A stretch of DNA of 63,063 nt, the filler included, from Basidiobolus ranarum (lineage: Eukaryota): assembly GCA_040143965.1 (NCBI GenBank). It is 17 parts of 17 records of this genome, joined end to end, with 100 filler letters (N's around TTAATTAATTAA, not from the genome) between each part and the next. Parts side by side here need not be neighbours in the genome. Positions count along the whole stretch, not along the records: positions 37,201 to 40,813 come from JASJQH010002382.1; positions 40,914 to 44,526 come from JASJQH010002383.1; positions 44,627 to 48,237 come from JASJQH010002384.1; positions 48,338 to 51,946 come from JASJQH010002385.1; 13 more parts are not named here. One strand, 5' to 3'. The first letter of the stretch is position 1. The number at the start of each line of letters is the position of its first letter. Positions 39,178-52,046 of this stretch are shown in pieces. The notes beneath the pieces were generated by a model. The model saw only the letters and a program-made list of their open reading frames with translations, did no database searches and had not been told where the DNA came from. A program made the position numbers and the translations under genes.

Positions 39178-39899
39178 CCAAAAACACACAATGGGCTTTG
39201 AAAAGTAATATAGTAGAACACTAATTGCTAAAAGCTTTCAAGTATTTTTACACTTTTATCATGAGTGCAAGTTAGAGTTCCCACAAGCTGTTTATCTACT
39301 ACTACTTGTGAGCTTTGAAAAAATTGCAATTTGTAGTTGATTACTCATAGTTAGACAGTGTGTCTAAAAACACCCAACAAGTTAATGGTAGTAGTGGTGT
39401 ATTACACAATAATTGCATTATAAGTAATTGGGTGAAAAGTTACAATGTACTAGCTCTCCCTAGTCTCCAGAAGACAACTTTAAAATGATAGTTGTTGATT
39501 GGATGCTGGACATTGGAGTTGCAAGGAGATATGGGCAATAATAATATGACAGCAAGATCATATATATAATAACCCTCGGTTATTAAACAAGAAATAAAGC
39601 AGAGATACATATTTATGCTGTGTAATATAGCTTATGAAAAGAGATCGACTTGTTCATAATTTCTCATATGACTGCATGCCATAAATGTACCGTTTTCTCA
39701 AAAGACTCAGGTGGACAACTTCATTGAAATGACCAAATTCGGAGATTTTGGGAAATGACTAATAATTAGTCTTCTATGCGAAATGTCGACGATGACTCAT
39801 TCCCATTCATAAAGATATATTTAAGCAAGTCAAGCATTCGTTGTAAAGAAGAATACTTGCTTTCTAAAAGCTTTCTATCTACGTATCTTTACATTCAAT

Positions 39900-40813
39900 A
39901 TGACCGCTGGAAAAGTCTCCTCTGCTAATATTGACTGGGCCAGCTTGGGTTTCAGTTTTATTCAAACCAATGGTCATCTTAAATACACTTGGAAAGATGG
40001 TAAGTGGGACGAAGGAGAATTCGTCTCAGAACCTTGGGTCAACATGCATATTGCTTCCAGTGGTCTGAACTATGGTCAAGAGGTACTATATTTTTTTACT
40101 ACCAGATATCTACTCTCGACATTAACCCTTAATTAACTTTTAGTGCTTTGAAGGCCTAAAGGCTTGGCAGTGTAAGGATGGGAAGGTAATACCAATCTCA
40201 CAGCTCTTTTCTTAAAGAAGTTATTAACTCATTTATGTACAGGTTCGTCTCTTCCGCCCTTACAACAATGCGGATCGCTTGAGGTACTCCGCCTCTAAGG
40301 CTTGTATGGTCGCGCCTCCACGCGATCTGTTTGTGGACGCTGTATCACGTATTGTTAAAGCAAACCTAGAGTATGTTCCCCCATATGGCTCAGGTGGCTC
40401 TTTGTACATTCGACCATTGCTTTTGGGCAATGGACCCATGCTGAATCTAGTACCATCCGAAGAATATACCTTCATTGTTTATGCTGTACCAGTGGGTAAC
40501 TTCTATAAGGACGGAATCAAAACTACTAATGCGATCATCATTGACGATTTTGATAGAGGGTTGTGCCACTTGGAAGTATCGCTATGATTGGTGTGAATAC
40601 TGATTTGATTTGATTCAACAATATAGCCGCTCCCCTCGGTACCGGGTCCGTTAAACTTGGTGGAAACTATGCCCCTTGTTTGCCCTCCACACAAGCCGCC
40701 CATGAAGCTGGTTATACAATGGCACTGTTCCTGGATGCTGCTACACGTACCTATATTGAGGAATTTTCATCTTGTAACTTCATAGGTGTCATCAATGGAG
40801 AGACTATTGATGA
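39900..40813 (+). CDS. ilvE: Branched-chain amino acid aminotransferase (IlvE/TOXF-like, PLP fold IV), 3' truncated
   Basis: IDWASLGF, LNYGQE/CFEGLKA, RLFRP, VPPYGSGGSLYIRP, GTGSVKLGGNY (PLP lysine), LFLDAATRTYIEE. Confidence 0.93.
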
Positions 40814-40913
40814 NNNNNNNNNNNNNNNNNNNNNNNNNNNNNNNNNNNNNNNNNNNNTTAATTAATTAANNNNNNNNNNNNNNNNNNNNNNNNNNNNNNN
40901 NNNNNNNNNNNNN

Positions 40914-43900
40914 GGCATCTTTGGGAGCTGTAAAACATCCGACAGGCTTCTATAAGGGTGCCCCTATTAGGGAATTAATGATCTGCAATTATTGCAAGAA
41001 ACCAGGCCATTTAATCAAAGATTGCTGAAAAAGGATTTTTGCCAAAAAGCTAAAATCAGAACAAGCAAATCAAGTAAGCACTGACAGAGATCATATGTTT
41101 ATATGCACTGGGTGCAATTGTTAAGGGCACAGTTGTACCCAATATAGACCAAAATTCAGCTTCACCATCTACAAAATTAGATGGCATACTCTATGTCCCA
41201 AATATAACCAAGATTCTACCCTCAGTAAGCCAAGCAACATCTCAAGGACTAAATCTTGTGTTCAGTAAGGTTGGAGGCACTATCACAAATTGGAATAATA
41301 TCAAATTAGCTACTTGTATCAAAACTCAAAACTTATACAAGATAGAAATCAACAAATTGCATTCTGAGCATGCAAGCTTAGCCAAAATTGATCAAATAAG
41401 CTGTCAACCATGGCATGGAAGATTAGGCCACATTGTAGAACAAAAATTGCCTAAATAATCCAAAATCAGCTTGTTTCAGGCTTAGAAATTGAAAATATGA
41501 CTAAATTGGATCTATGTGAAGGTTGCATATATGGAAAACATCACAGACAGCCATTTTCAAGCTCTAGAGGGATCAAATCTACTCAGAATTTTGCCCTGAT
41601 TTAATCTGTCCTATGTGGGCTCATGAAAAATGGGTCACTGGGTAGGAAAAGGTACTTTTTGACCTTTATTGCTGACAAAACAAGTTATACTTGGGTATTC
41701 ATTCTCAAATCAAAATCTGAAGCCTTAGCTACATTCAAGCACTACTAAGCAATGTTTGAGAAAGTATCAGCACAATAATCATGGATACCATGGAGTGATT
41801 ATGATCAAGAATACTGCACCAGACACTTTGCCAGTTTTTGTGGAAAACTTGGAATTAAGCAACAAACCATTGTTCCTGATACTCCACACCAAAGTGGTGT
41901 TGAATAATGTGCTAGTAGGACTATAGTTGGGATGGCAAGATCAATGTTACAGGATCAGAAGTTAAATTACCAGTAATGGGCTGAATCTGTCACCAAAGTG
42001 GTGTTGAATAATTTGCTAATAGGACCATAGTGGAGATGGCAAGATCAATATTACATGATCAAAAGTTAGATTACCAATATTGGGCTGAATCTGTCTCCAC
42101 TGCAGTCTATATCAAAAACAGATGCCCAACGTGATTGCTGCAAAGTTCACTCCATTTGAAGCTCTATATGAATCAAAACTAAATGAGGATCATCTCAGGA
42201 TCTTTTGTTACACAGCATGCTGCATGATTCCAGCTCATAAATGCTCTAAATTGGAACCAAAAGTGGAAAATGCATATTTCTTGCTGACTGTTATTGATCT
42301 AAGGCCTATTGACAGTTTGACACCAATAGTCACAAGTTAATTAATTGCAGAAATCTGATTTTTGATGAAAAAGTAAATCTTTCACCTTAAATCATGGTTC
42401 TTAATCCAGAAAATGCAATCAGCACTATTCAGGAAGTGTCTGACAAGATTCCAGCTGTATCAGAGTCCAATTTAACCTCAAACTACACCCTTATTGCATT
42501 GGGGGATGATGGAGGACCCAAAAGATCATCCAGAAGGAGGAATGAGCTAGGGAACTAGTGAAACAATTCCAATGATGATGTATATGCTTATGCAGCATTC
42601 TGTGACAAGCCACAGACTCTGACTCAAGCTTTGGAGTGTAAATTATAAACATTATAGGAAAAGTAATTTCCGAGGAGTTTACTTCACTTCAGGACAATGA
42701 AACATGGGTTTTAAGTCCTCTTCCATCAGCAAGAAAGCCAGTAGGCTGCAAATGCATTTATAAAGTCAAAAACTGAGTTGATGGAACCATAGAAAGATAC
42801 AAAGAAAGATTAGTTTCAAAAGGTTTTTTCCAGGCTCCAGGAGTTGATTTAAGTCAAACCTTTGCTTCAGTAGCTAAGTTTAGCTCCATTAGATCAATCC
42901 TTAAACTCTCAGCCATCCACAACCAAAATTTACATCAAAAGGATATAACAACAGCCATTCTGAATGGAAATCAAGAAGAAGAGATCTATATGTTGCAACC
43001 AGGTTGATTTGGTAACCCAAAACATCCTGTTATGGTCTATAAACTGCAAAATTTGCTATATAGCCTCAAGCAAGCATGCATGGCATGGTCCAACAAGATA
43101 GATATCTATTTAGAGTCACTGGATTTTCAAAAATTCATAGCAGATCACAGCATTTACATCAAAATAACCAGAAACAAGATTCTCGTGTTGGCACTACATA
43201 TGTATGACTTGCCCATAGCCACAAATGATCTAGAAGCACTTGATCAGATGAATACCAGCTTAACAAACCAATTTTAGACTACTAATATGGGTCAATTAAC
43301 TTATACCCTTGGAATTTAGAAGAAGAGACAAACATCAATTAGAAATTCATGCTGAATCAGTCTAGATACATCATAGACATTTAAAAATGCCTCAACATGG
43401 TGAATAGCAAGCCTGTATCAACACAAAGGGATCCCAATGTTAAATTAATCAAAATTTCATCTAATTTGGCCCAAAAGGACTCAAATCAAAGTGAGAAGTT
43501 CCCTTATTACTGCAGGATGGGTAGTTTAATATATACAATGGCTGAAACATATCCAGAAATTGCTGTGGCAATAGAAATGTCAGTCAATATATAAAAATCC
43601 AGGATCTGAGTACAAAAGGGCAGTGAAACAAATACTCAGTTATTTGAATGAAACTGTAGATCTAATTCTGGAATATTCTGGCACTCCTGATGCACAAAAT
43701 TTTGGAGGCTACATTGATTCATACTTGGGAAGAAACCTTGGTGATAGAAGATAAACAACTTGGTACACTTTTCTCTATGGTAATGGAGCCATAACTTGAA
43801 GTATTAAGTAGCAACCAACCACAGCACTTTTCACAACTGAAGCAGGGTATATGGCTCCCTCTGCAACTTCACAAGAAGCTATGTGGTTAAGCCAATTATT

Positions 43901-44110
43901 TGCTGACTTTGGATACATGCAAAAATGTGCTATTACTATATTTGAAGATAATCAATGTTGTATCTCATTGGCTAAAAATCCTACATTTCAAGCCACAACA
44001 AAACACATAGATACTAGGTATTATTTTGTTAGAGAAGCAATAGTGAGTGATATAATTGAACTTGTCTATAGCCCTGCTGAAGAAAAGATTCCTGACATCT
44101 AAACCAAGTC
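40914..44110 (+). mobile_element. Decayed Ty1/copia gag-pol (knuckle, integrase, RT, RNase H)
   Basis: WHGRLGH, LCEGCIYGK, KCSKLEPK, LYSLKQA, MYDL (YVDD remnant), IFEDNQCCISLAKNP..TKHIDTRYYFVRE; many stops. Confidence 0.95.
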
Positions 44111-44117
44111 TGTAGTT

Positions 44118-44480
44118 TGATAAAAGTGTTTTGGGGATTTGGAAGTGTTTTGGACAAGATTTGGATTTGTGAATTGGACACTTAAGTTTTATTGAATTGA
44201 ATATGTCCTATTTATAGTTTACAATGATATAGGACTATTGGACGTGCTTAGATCATAACAAACATGCCTGTTAAGCATGGGTGAAAATTTGAGGTGATTT
44301 GGAGAAGTTTTGAGCAAATAGTGAAAATTGGTAAAAGTGATCTAATTGATATTTCTATCAATTAGAGCAATAGACACACATCTTTGAATATCAAAATTGA
44401 GTGCTAAATAATCAGAATATGTATAAACTAACTACTAAATAAAGAGTTGCTATTTACCTAATTTCAACATTCCCACTCAA
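44118..44480 (-). mobile_element. 3' LTR (family B) with polypurine tract
   Basis: The minus strand reads GAGTGGGAA-TGTTGAAATT…TTTTATCA; similar to 48779-49140. Confidence 0.85.
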
Positions 44481-45575
44481 CTAATTATTTTGTATTTCTC
44501 TTAAACCTGACTTATATGTTAATAATNNNNNNNNNNNNNNNNNNNNNNNNNNNNNNNNNNNNNNNNNNNNTTAATTAATTAANNNNNNNNNNNNNNNNNN
44601 NNNNNNNNNNNNNNNNNNNNNNNNNNACAAAGAGCCAAGTATAATCATGAATTTCCATTTTATCGTGAAGATACTGATGCTGTATACCCAAGTGAACTTT
44701 GGTTGTACACTTCAATTAACAGCAAGTCTGGTGAGTTATATAGGCTGATCACGTCTAGTTACTACTATTGCCTTTCTGGCTATCTGGGATGCGTGGGATA
44801 GATATCTAAGCCTATTGGTTACTTATTGCGGATGTGGAAGGCTTTGTTCCACGTGTCACCTCGTGCTTATGTTTAGATGTGGCTGGACCGTTTATTTTTT
44901 TTAAGGTTGCGAATCATCGCAAGAAAGTTACACACAGAATTACAAATTCCTAATTATTGGCTTGCGATAAGATTTTAGTGGCGTCGACAAAGTAGTGTTA
45001 TAAGTGTATCTGGTATAAGCCTTGAAATTCAATAATAATGATAGCTTTTTGTAAATCGCGGCTGGATGCTATATACTTAGTATTTAATTGAAATATTGCA
45101 GTAGCCATTATCGAGCAACAGATGAGGTGACTTTTTCTGATATTTATCAAATTCTTTTATGATCAATTGAGTTTGTTGTGAGACGGTTACATATTTCCTC
45201 ACATATTGTATAGTAGATTTCACTCCGTTGGATAGTGCTGTATATAGAACATTTGAAGTATTAATCTATCATTTTGTGCTGCTTAATTTGGCTGTACCAC
45301 TCTCACTCTGTTTCGAGCAGTACTTTTTTTTTTGAGGCAAAGTTACAGTAATCTTTGCAAAGTTGAACCATTGCATAAGTAAGAATTACCAAGAGAAGCT
45401 AGGTACTATTTCTAGTACATAGCTGATTGTGAGCATTACAGGCGGTATGAAACAGAGTGTACAGCTAGGTGACTTGCTTATAATGCACACAATGAGTATA
45501 TTGGATTCTGGAATATTGCAAATACAAAGGCGATTCATCCAGGAATTTGTTAATACCCAATAGAATGGAGACTAC

Positions 45576-45921
45576 AGTTGAAGTATTCTCTGAGCCTGTT
45601 GGAAGTGGTTTGGAGAAGTAGAGTAGTTGGTTTTCTCTTATTTATTGATTGAGTAGAAAGTTGATATTTATAACTTTGTCAAGATATAAGCAAGCTAACA
45701 TGTAAAATGTGTTAAAGAAGGTTGCAGAAGCATGTGTGCAAAGTTTGGGGCTTCGAACACAAGTTTGAAAAATCTCTATATTTGATAACTTCAAAGTTAG
45801 TGTCAATATTCTAAGTCAATTCCTCATAAGAATAATGGGTCATAACTTAGTGAAAAATAAGATTACTAAATACTAAGCTACATATGACTCTAAAGGCATT
45901 TTGGCAATGCTAATTTCAACA
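45576..45921 (-). mobile_element. Solo LTR (family A) with a perfect 5-bp TSD
   Basis: ACTAC on both sides (45571-45575, 45922-45926); ends AGTTGAAG…TTCAACA. Confidence 0.93.
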
Positions 45922-46744
45922 ACTACAGTGAACCTCAAATTATCAATATGGTTATTTGTACCTAGTCCCTATAAGAAACTCAAGTTAAAGTACCAGAGAA
46001 AAAACAGCAAAAATTTTACTTGAGCTCAATTGGCCATTAGAATCTCATCAGAATATGTGAGGAAAATTGATTTGCAGCTCTTCTAATCTATCATCCAACT
46101 TGATTACAATTTATTGACAGTTAAAAATCTTTGAAAAGTCTTTTCATATATTCCACAATGATCATTGCAATTACAATAAAATACTTTGGTTTTATTCAAT
46201 ATTTTCTGATACAATATAGCCACCCATCTATAGAAAATTGTGCTACCTTGTGAAGAGTAACATCTCCCATGTTACACATTATTACAAACTGACAAGGATC
46301 CACTGTTCAATCAGCATTATTCATTTGATAATTTTGGTCCAAAATGGATTAAATCCCATATTGCAGTGACATTTATCAATCTATTCCTCCTAAAAGTCTG
46401 CTTCCTTAACTGAACTTGGTACAAGTTTCACTGGTTTCTGTAAGCAAGTGCAACAAGCTGGTTCTACTTGCAGACTTACTTTCTTATTGATATACTCCTC
46501 AATAGCTTGTGGGTACTTGCTATTGTTCATGAAACAGAGGGCATTGATGGTTGCTCTTAGTTTATCTCTGGTCACACAGATTTTAATGGCAGTAATATTT
46601 ATATCACACTTTCCAAAAGCTGTAGTTTAAGCTGCTAGCCAATGAATCTGACTTTAGTCTGGTGGGGTTCAGTCTCTTTTTTGGATTGAGGCATTAGGTA
46701 TGATTTCATTAGATATCTAGTTGGAGTATGTAGGCTTGATTAGC

Positions 46745-48237
46745 TACAATCTCAGAGAACTATGGATCAATGCATGTGCAAAAAACATAATGCAAATTTT
46801 ACATGTTTATCACTTTAAGATTAATTTGTCACCTTTAAAATCCCTATTTTCTTTGATATATTCTCCTGAATAATTTTATAGAGTTCTTCATACCCAAGAT
46901 TTAGCTCATATCCAACATGAGTTTGTATCAATATCTCCATTAAAGCCCACCATTGTATTCATGTTGCTGAATCAACATTCTTCCAGCTATCTGGTGGATA
47001 CTCTGCAATATTGTGCCACTATGTATTAAATTTTTCCTGGATATCTGCATGGTCAACACCAGACTGAATGTCAAGTTGAATGTTCTTCTCTGAAGTCACT
47101 TTCCATATACTTGCACTGCATTTTTCACATCATTCTTTTGAAAATACATCTCAGGCACTTTTATTAGTTTTATACATCCTGGTAGTGTGATACTATTGAG
47201 GATGCTTTGCAGTGTTTGTGTGGCTTTTTGCTTGCCTTGGAGTTTGGGGCTAATTTCAGCACTTTGAAAAGTACCAGTTGAGGTTGGAGAGCCATGAGAT
47301 TTATTTGCTGGTGTTTTGGCTTGTTGAGAGCTGCCTGGTGTTGGATAAACTTGCAAACTTAACACTCTTCTGACTGGTGAACCTGGTTCCATGGCAAAAT
47401 TGAACCTTCTTGCCAGTATATCTGCCCTGATAGAAATTTGAGGATTGCTATTGTAGGAAAACCGTCACAATTTTAATCCATTTGGGATTGACTGTTTACT
47501 TACCATCATAAAATTGTCAAGTTAGACTTGATTTTAATCTATTTTTTCAGTTTTAGGAGTGAAATTTCAAGATCTCGCAAAATAGTTGTGCATCATTGGC
47601 TAAAATCTCAGAGAACTATGGATCAACACATGTGCAAAAAACATAACTCAAATTTTACACAATTACCACTTGAATGCTAATTTGTCACCTTTGAAATCCC
47701 TAGTCTCTTTGATATATTCTTCTGAATAATTTTATAGAGTTCTTCATACCCAAGGTTTAGCTCATACCCAACACAAGTTTGTGTCAATATCTCCATCAAA
47801 GCCCACCATTGTATTAACGTTGCTGAATCAACATTCTTCCAGCTATCTGGCGGATACCCTGCAATATTGTGCCACTCTGTATTAAGTTCTTCCCAGATAT
47901 CTGCATGGTCAACACCAGACTGAATGTCAAGTTGAATATTCTTCTTCTGAAGCCATTTTCTGCATACTTGCACTGCGTTTTTCCCTTGATACTTTTGAAA
48001 AACTCCTCAAGCACTTTGACTATTTTGGTACATCCTTGTAGTATGATACTACTGAGGGTGCTTTGTGGTGTTTGTGTGGCTTTTTGCTTGCCTTTATCTT
48101 TGGGACTAATTTCAACACTTTGAAAAGTACCAGTTGAGGTTGGAGAGCCATGAGTTTTATTTGCTGGTGTTTTGGCTTGTTGAGAGGTGCCAGGTGTTGG
48201 ATAAACTTCCGAATTTAGCACTCTTCCAACTGGTGTA
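46745..48237 (-). repeat. Two tandem decayed copies (period about 856 bp) of the unknown ORF family also seen at 760-1396
   Basis: AATCTCAGAGAACTATGGATCAA at 46748 and 47604; GSPTSTGTFQS.EISPK recurs in ORFs 47096, 47814 and 867. Confidence 0.9.
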
Positions 48238-48337
48238 NNNNNNNNNNNNNNNNNNNNNNNNNNNNNNNNNNNNNNNNNNNNTTAATTAATTAANNNNNNN
48301 NNNNNNNNNNNNNNNNNNNNNNNNNNNNNNNNNNNNN

Positions 48338-51300
48338 CCTCAGAATTGTGCCTTTATTCATTCTGCCCTGGTGAGATCATAAAATCAGGTCTCACCAGGT
48401 GGCAAAAGGTACTTGATGATTGTTATTGATGACAAAACAAGATATACTTTAGTACTCTTTCTCAAATCAAAATTTGAAGCCTTAGATACATTCAAGCACT
48501 ACAAAATAATAGTAGAGAAGGAATCAGCGGTAGTTGAAGAATATGAAAGTTGTATTTTAGTAGTTAAAACCCTGTATTTCATGATAGAACAAAACATCTA
48601 GATATTTGGCATTGTTTGCTAGAGGAGCAATAGAGAATGGTATGAATGAAGTGGTCTATTGCCATACTGCAGAAATAATTGCTGATGTTGTAACCAAAGC
48701 TTTAGCTAAAGTACAATTTGAATTGTTAAGACATAAGTTAGGTTTAAGGGAAATACAAAAATATTAGTTCAGTGGGCATGTTGAAATTGGGTATGTAGCA
48801 ACTTACTATTTAGTACTTAGTATATTCATATGCTGATTATTTAGCACTCAATTCTGAAGTTCATAAATATGCATTTATTGTTCTAATTCATAGATTGATA
48901 CAAATATCAATCAGATCAGTTTTATCAATTTTCACTATTTCTCAACACTTTTCCAAATCACCTAAATTTTTACCCACACTTCACAGATATGTTTGTTATG
49001 ATCTAAGCACATCCAATATTCCTGTTCTATAGTATGCTATAAATTGCACATATGCAATTCAACAAAACGGAAGAGTATAATTCACTGATCCAAATCTTGT
49101 GCAAGACATGTCTAAATCTCCAGAGTACTTTTATCACACACAGCCTTGCTGAGCACAACACTTAGTCATTAAGCTGTTGCTTGGCTTGCGGAGAGTTAAT
49201 ACTAGGCTCCTTTTGGCTCAAATTCTTTTCCTGTAACAAATCCCCAAAGGTCCTTGTCTTGTAGCAACATCAACATCTTGAACTCCCAAAGGTGAAAGTC
49301 TTCACCATCAAACTTCTCTCTGGATGTAAACACTGCTCATAGTACTGGTAAACATTCCTTCAACAGCTAGCTAGGGGCTCATAACCTGATCAAAGTGTCT
49401 TGGGGGAGTTTGCAATGTTTCAGCCAATATTGGGATTTGTGAATCAAGCACTTGAGTTGTATTAAATTAAATTTTTTCTATTTAAAGTTTACTATGTGAT
49501 ACATCTATTGGCCATGTTTACATCAGCACAAACATGCCTGTAAGGGATGACTGAGAATTTTGGGCAATTTCAAAAAGTTTTAGAGAATAGTGAAAATTGA
49601 TAAAAGTGATCAAATTGATTTTTTATCAATTAGAGCAATTAACAAACATTTTTTAATAATAGAGTTGAGTGGCAAAAAATGGTAATATGAATAGATTCAC
49701 TATAAATAATCAGTTGGCTTCTAACTTATTTTGTCACTCAAAACAGCTCAGGAAGTGTATGACCAAATTCTAGCTATGAGAGACCACCTTAACCAAGCTT
49801 CCAGCCACATGTAAACCAGAGGAAGATTCATAACCTAAAAGATCATCAACATTGAGAAATAAGTGAGGGAGTTAGTGGAACAGATGCAAAGATGATGTCT
49901 GTATTTAGGCCATATTCTGTGACAAGGCACAGACTTTATTTCAAGCAATGGAGTATCCACATTAAAAAAAGCAATGTCTGACAAGTTTTCTTTACTTAGC
50001 AATTGTAAATTATGGATTTGAAGTTCACTACTGTCAGAAAGAAAGCCAATAGGTTGCAAATGGACTTACCAAGTCCAAAACATAGCTGATGGAGCCATAG
50101 AAAGGTATAAATCAAGATTACTTGCAAAAGGTTGTTCACAGACTCCAGGAGTTGATTTTGATGCAACTTTTGCTCCAGCAGCTAAGTTTAGCTCCAAAGG
50201 TTCAATTCTGGCACTCTCCGCTATACTATACCTTGACTTATATCAAATGGATGTAGAAACAGCCTGTTTGAATGGAAATCTAGAAGAGATCATTTTGGAG
50301 CAACAGGATGGATTTGTTAATCTAAAACACCCTGATATGGTCAGTAAACTGCAAGAATTGATATTTGTACTCAAGCAAGCACCTAGGGCAGGGTACAACA
50401 AAATATTACCAACTTGGAATCACTGGAATTCCAGTTGAAACAAGACATATAGTAACTCATTATTTAGTAGTTTGTTTATTCATATTTCTTTCATTAGCTC
50501 TGTTTGAGCTTTTTTAGCTACTCACAACCTTGATTGATGTCAAATGGATGTAAGATCAGCCTTTTTGAATGTAAATCTATGACAAGAAATTCATATAGAG
50601 CAACCAGATTGAGATGTTGATCTAAAACACCCTGATACAATCTGTGATCTGTAAAATTGATATAGGGACTCAACCAAGGACCATGTGCATGGTACAATAA
50701 GATAGATACCTATTTGGTATCATTGGAATTCCACAAAAGCACAGCATATCACTATGTTTACATCAAAACAACTAGAAATAGGCTTATTATCTTGGCACTA
50801 CATGTGTATGACATGATCATAGCCACAAATACTGTAGAAGGACATGATCAGACAAAAAATTGCTGATCAAACCAATTTCAGAGGACTAATATGGGTGAAT
50901 CAAGTTATATCTATGGAATCCAAATCACAAGAGATAAATGCAGTCAGAAAATGAAGCTGAAGCATTCTATATACTTTCTACACATCCTAAAATGTTTTGA
51001 CATGATAACAGACAGCCAGTATCAGCACCAATGGATCACCATGTGAATTAATCAAAATATCATCCAATTTGGCCCACAATGTCTCAAATCAATGCCAGGA
51101 GTTCCCTTAGCATTCCATGTTGGATAGTTTAATGTATACAATGGGTGAAATGTGTCCAGACATTGCTGTGGTACTGGCAGCTGATAGCCAAGATCTTACA
51201 ATTCCAGGATCTGCATATATAACTGCAGCAAAACAAATATTCAGATATCTGAGAGGAAATGTATACCTAGTTCAGGAAAACTCTAACACTCCTGATGCGC

Positions 51301-51825
51301 AACATTTTACAGGCTACAGTGATGCAGACTTGGGAAAAAACCTTGATGATAGGAGATCAGCCACCAGGTACACTTTTCTCTATGATAATAGAGCCATAAC
51401 TTGGAATGGTAAGAAGCACTAACTGTAGCACCTTCCTCTGCAGAAGCAGAGTATATGGCTGCCTCTGCTCATACACAAAAAGCTAAGTGACTCAGGAAGC
51501 TGCTTACCCACTTACGATACATGCAAAAAGATGCTGTTACTATATTTGAACATCATTTATGTTGCACTTCATTAGCTAAAAGCCCTACATTGCATTCCAG
51601 AACAAAACACACCCAGACTAGGCATCATTTTGTTAGAGAACCAAGAGAGGGCACTATGCTTGTACTGGTCTATTGCCCTACTGAAGACAAGATTGCTGAC
51701 TTCTTAATGAAAGCTCAATTTTAACTATTAAGGTATTAGTCATGTTAGCAGAAATAAGAAATAGTAAGTTATATGGAAATGCAAAGATGGGTAAATAGCA
51801 ACTCATTACTTATTAGTTATTATTC
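48338..51825 (+). mobile_element. Nest of Ty1/copia fragments: integrase piece, RNase H end with 3' LTR (48779-~49140), RT/RNase H (~49990-51724)
   Basis: IDDKTRYT, IADVVTKAL, PPT-like AGTGGGCA-TGTTGAAATT, QMDVETACLNG, GYSDADLG, RTKHTQTRHHFVRE. Confidence 0.9.
49150..49735 (-). mobile_element. Copia 5' LTR, PBS and gag start, in opposite orientation
   Basis: Minus strand: …TTTGATCA-GGTTATGAGCCCC, then EKFDGEDFHLWEFKMLMLLQDKDLWGFVTG. Confidence 0.88.
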
Positions 51826-51851
51826 TGTTGAAATAATTTAGGGAGAAATAT

Positions 51852-51924
51852 TGGTCTGGCCAGGAATTGAACCTGGGACCTCCTTCACTCTAGCAAGGTG
51901 CTCTAACCACTGAGCTACCAGTCC
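51852..51924 (-). tRNA. tRNA-like sequence (pseudo-tRNA, AGA at the anticodon position, no long variable arm)
   Basis: GGACTGG-TAGCTCAGTGGTTAGAGC-A-CCTTG-CTAGAGT-GAAGG-AGGTC-CCAGGTTCAATTCCTGG-CCAGACC-A: cloverleaf with A and B boxes and single mismatches in the acceptor and anticodon stems. Confidence 0.75.
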
Positions 51925-52046
51925 TTGTATGCTATGCCTATATTGCNNNNNNNNNNNNNNNNNNNNNNNNNNNNNNNNNNNNNNNNNNNNTTAATTAATT
52001 AANNNNNNNNNNNNNNNNNNNNNNNNNNNNNNNNNNNNNNNNNNNN

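Noticed and set aside
51852-51924. Functional tRNA-Ser(AGA)
   Set aside because: No long variable arm, mismatches in two stems, and a TE context.
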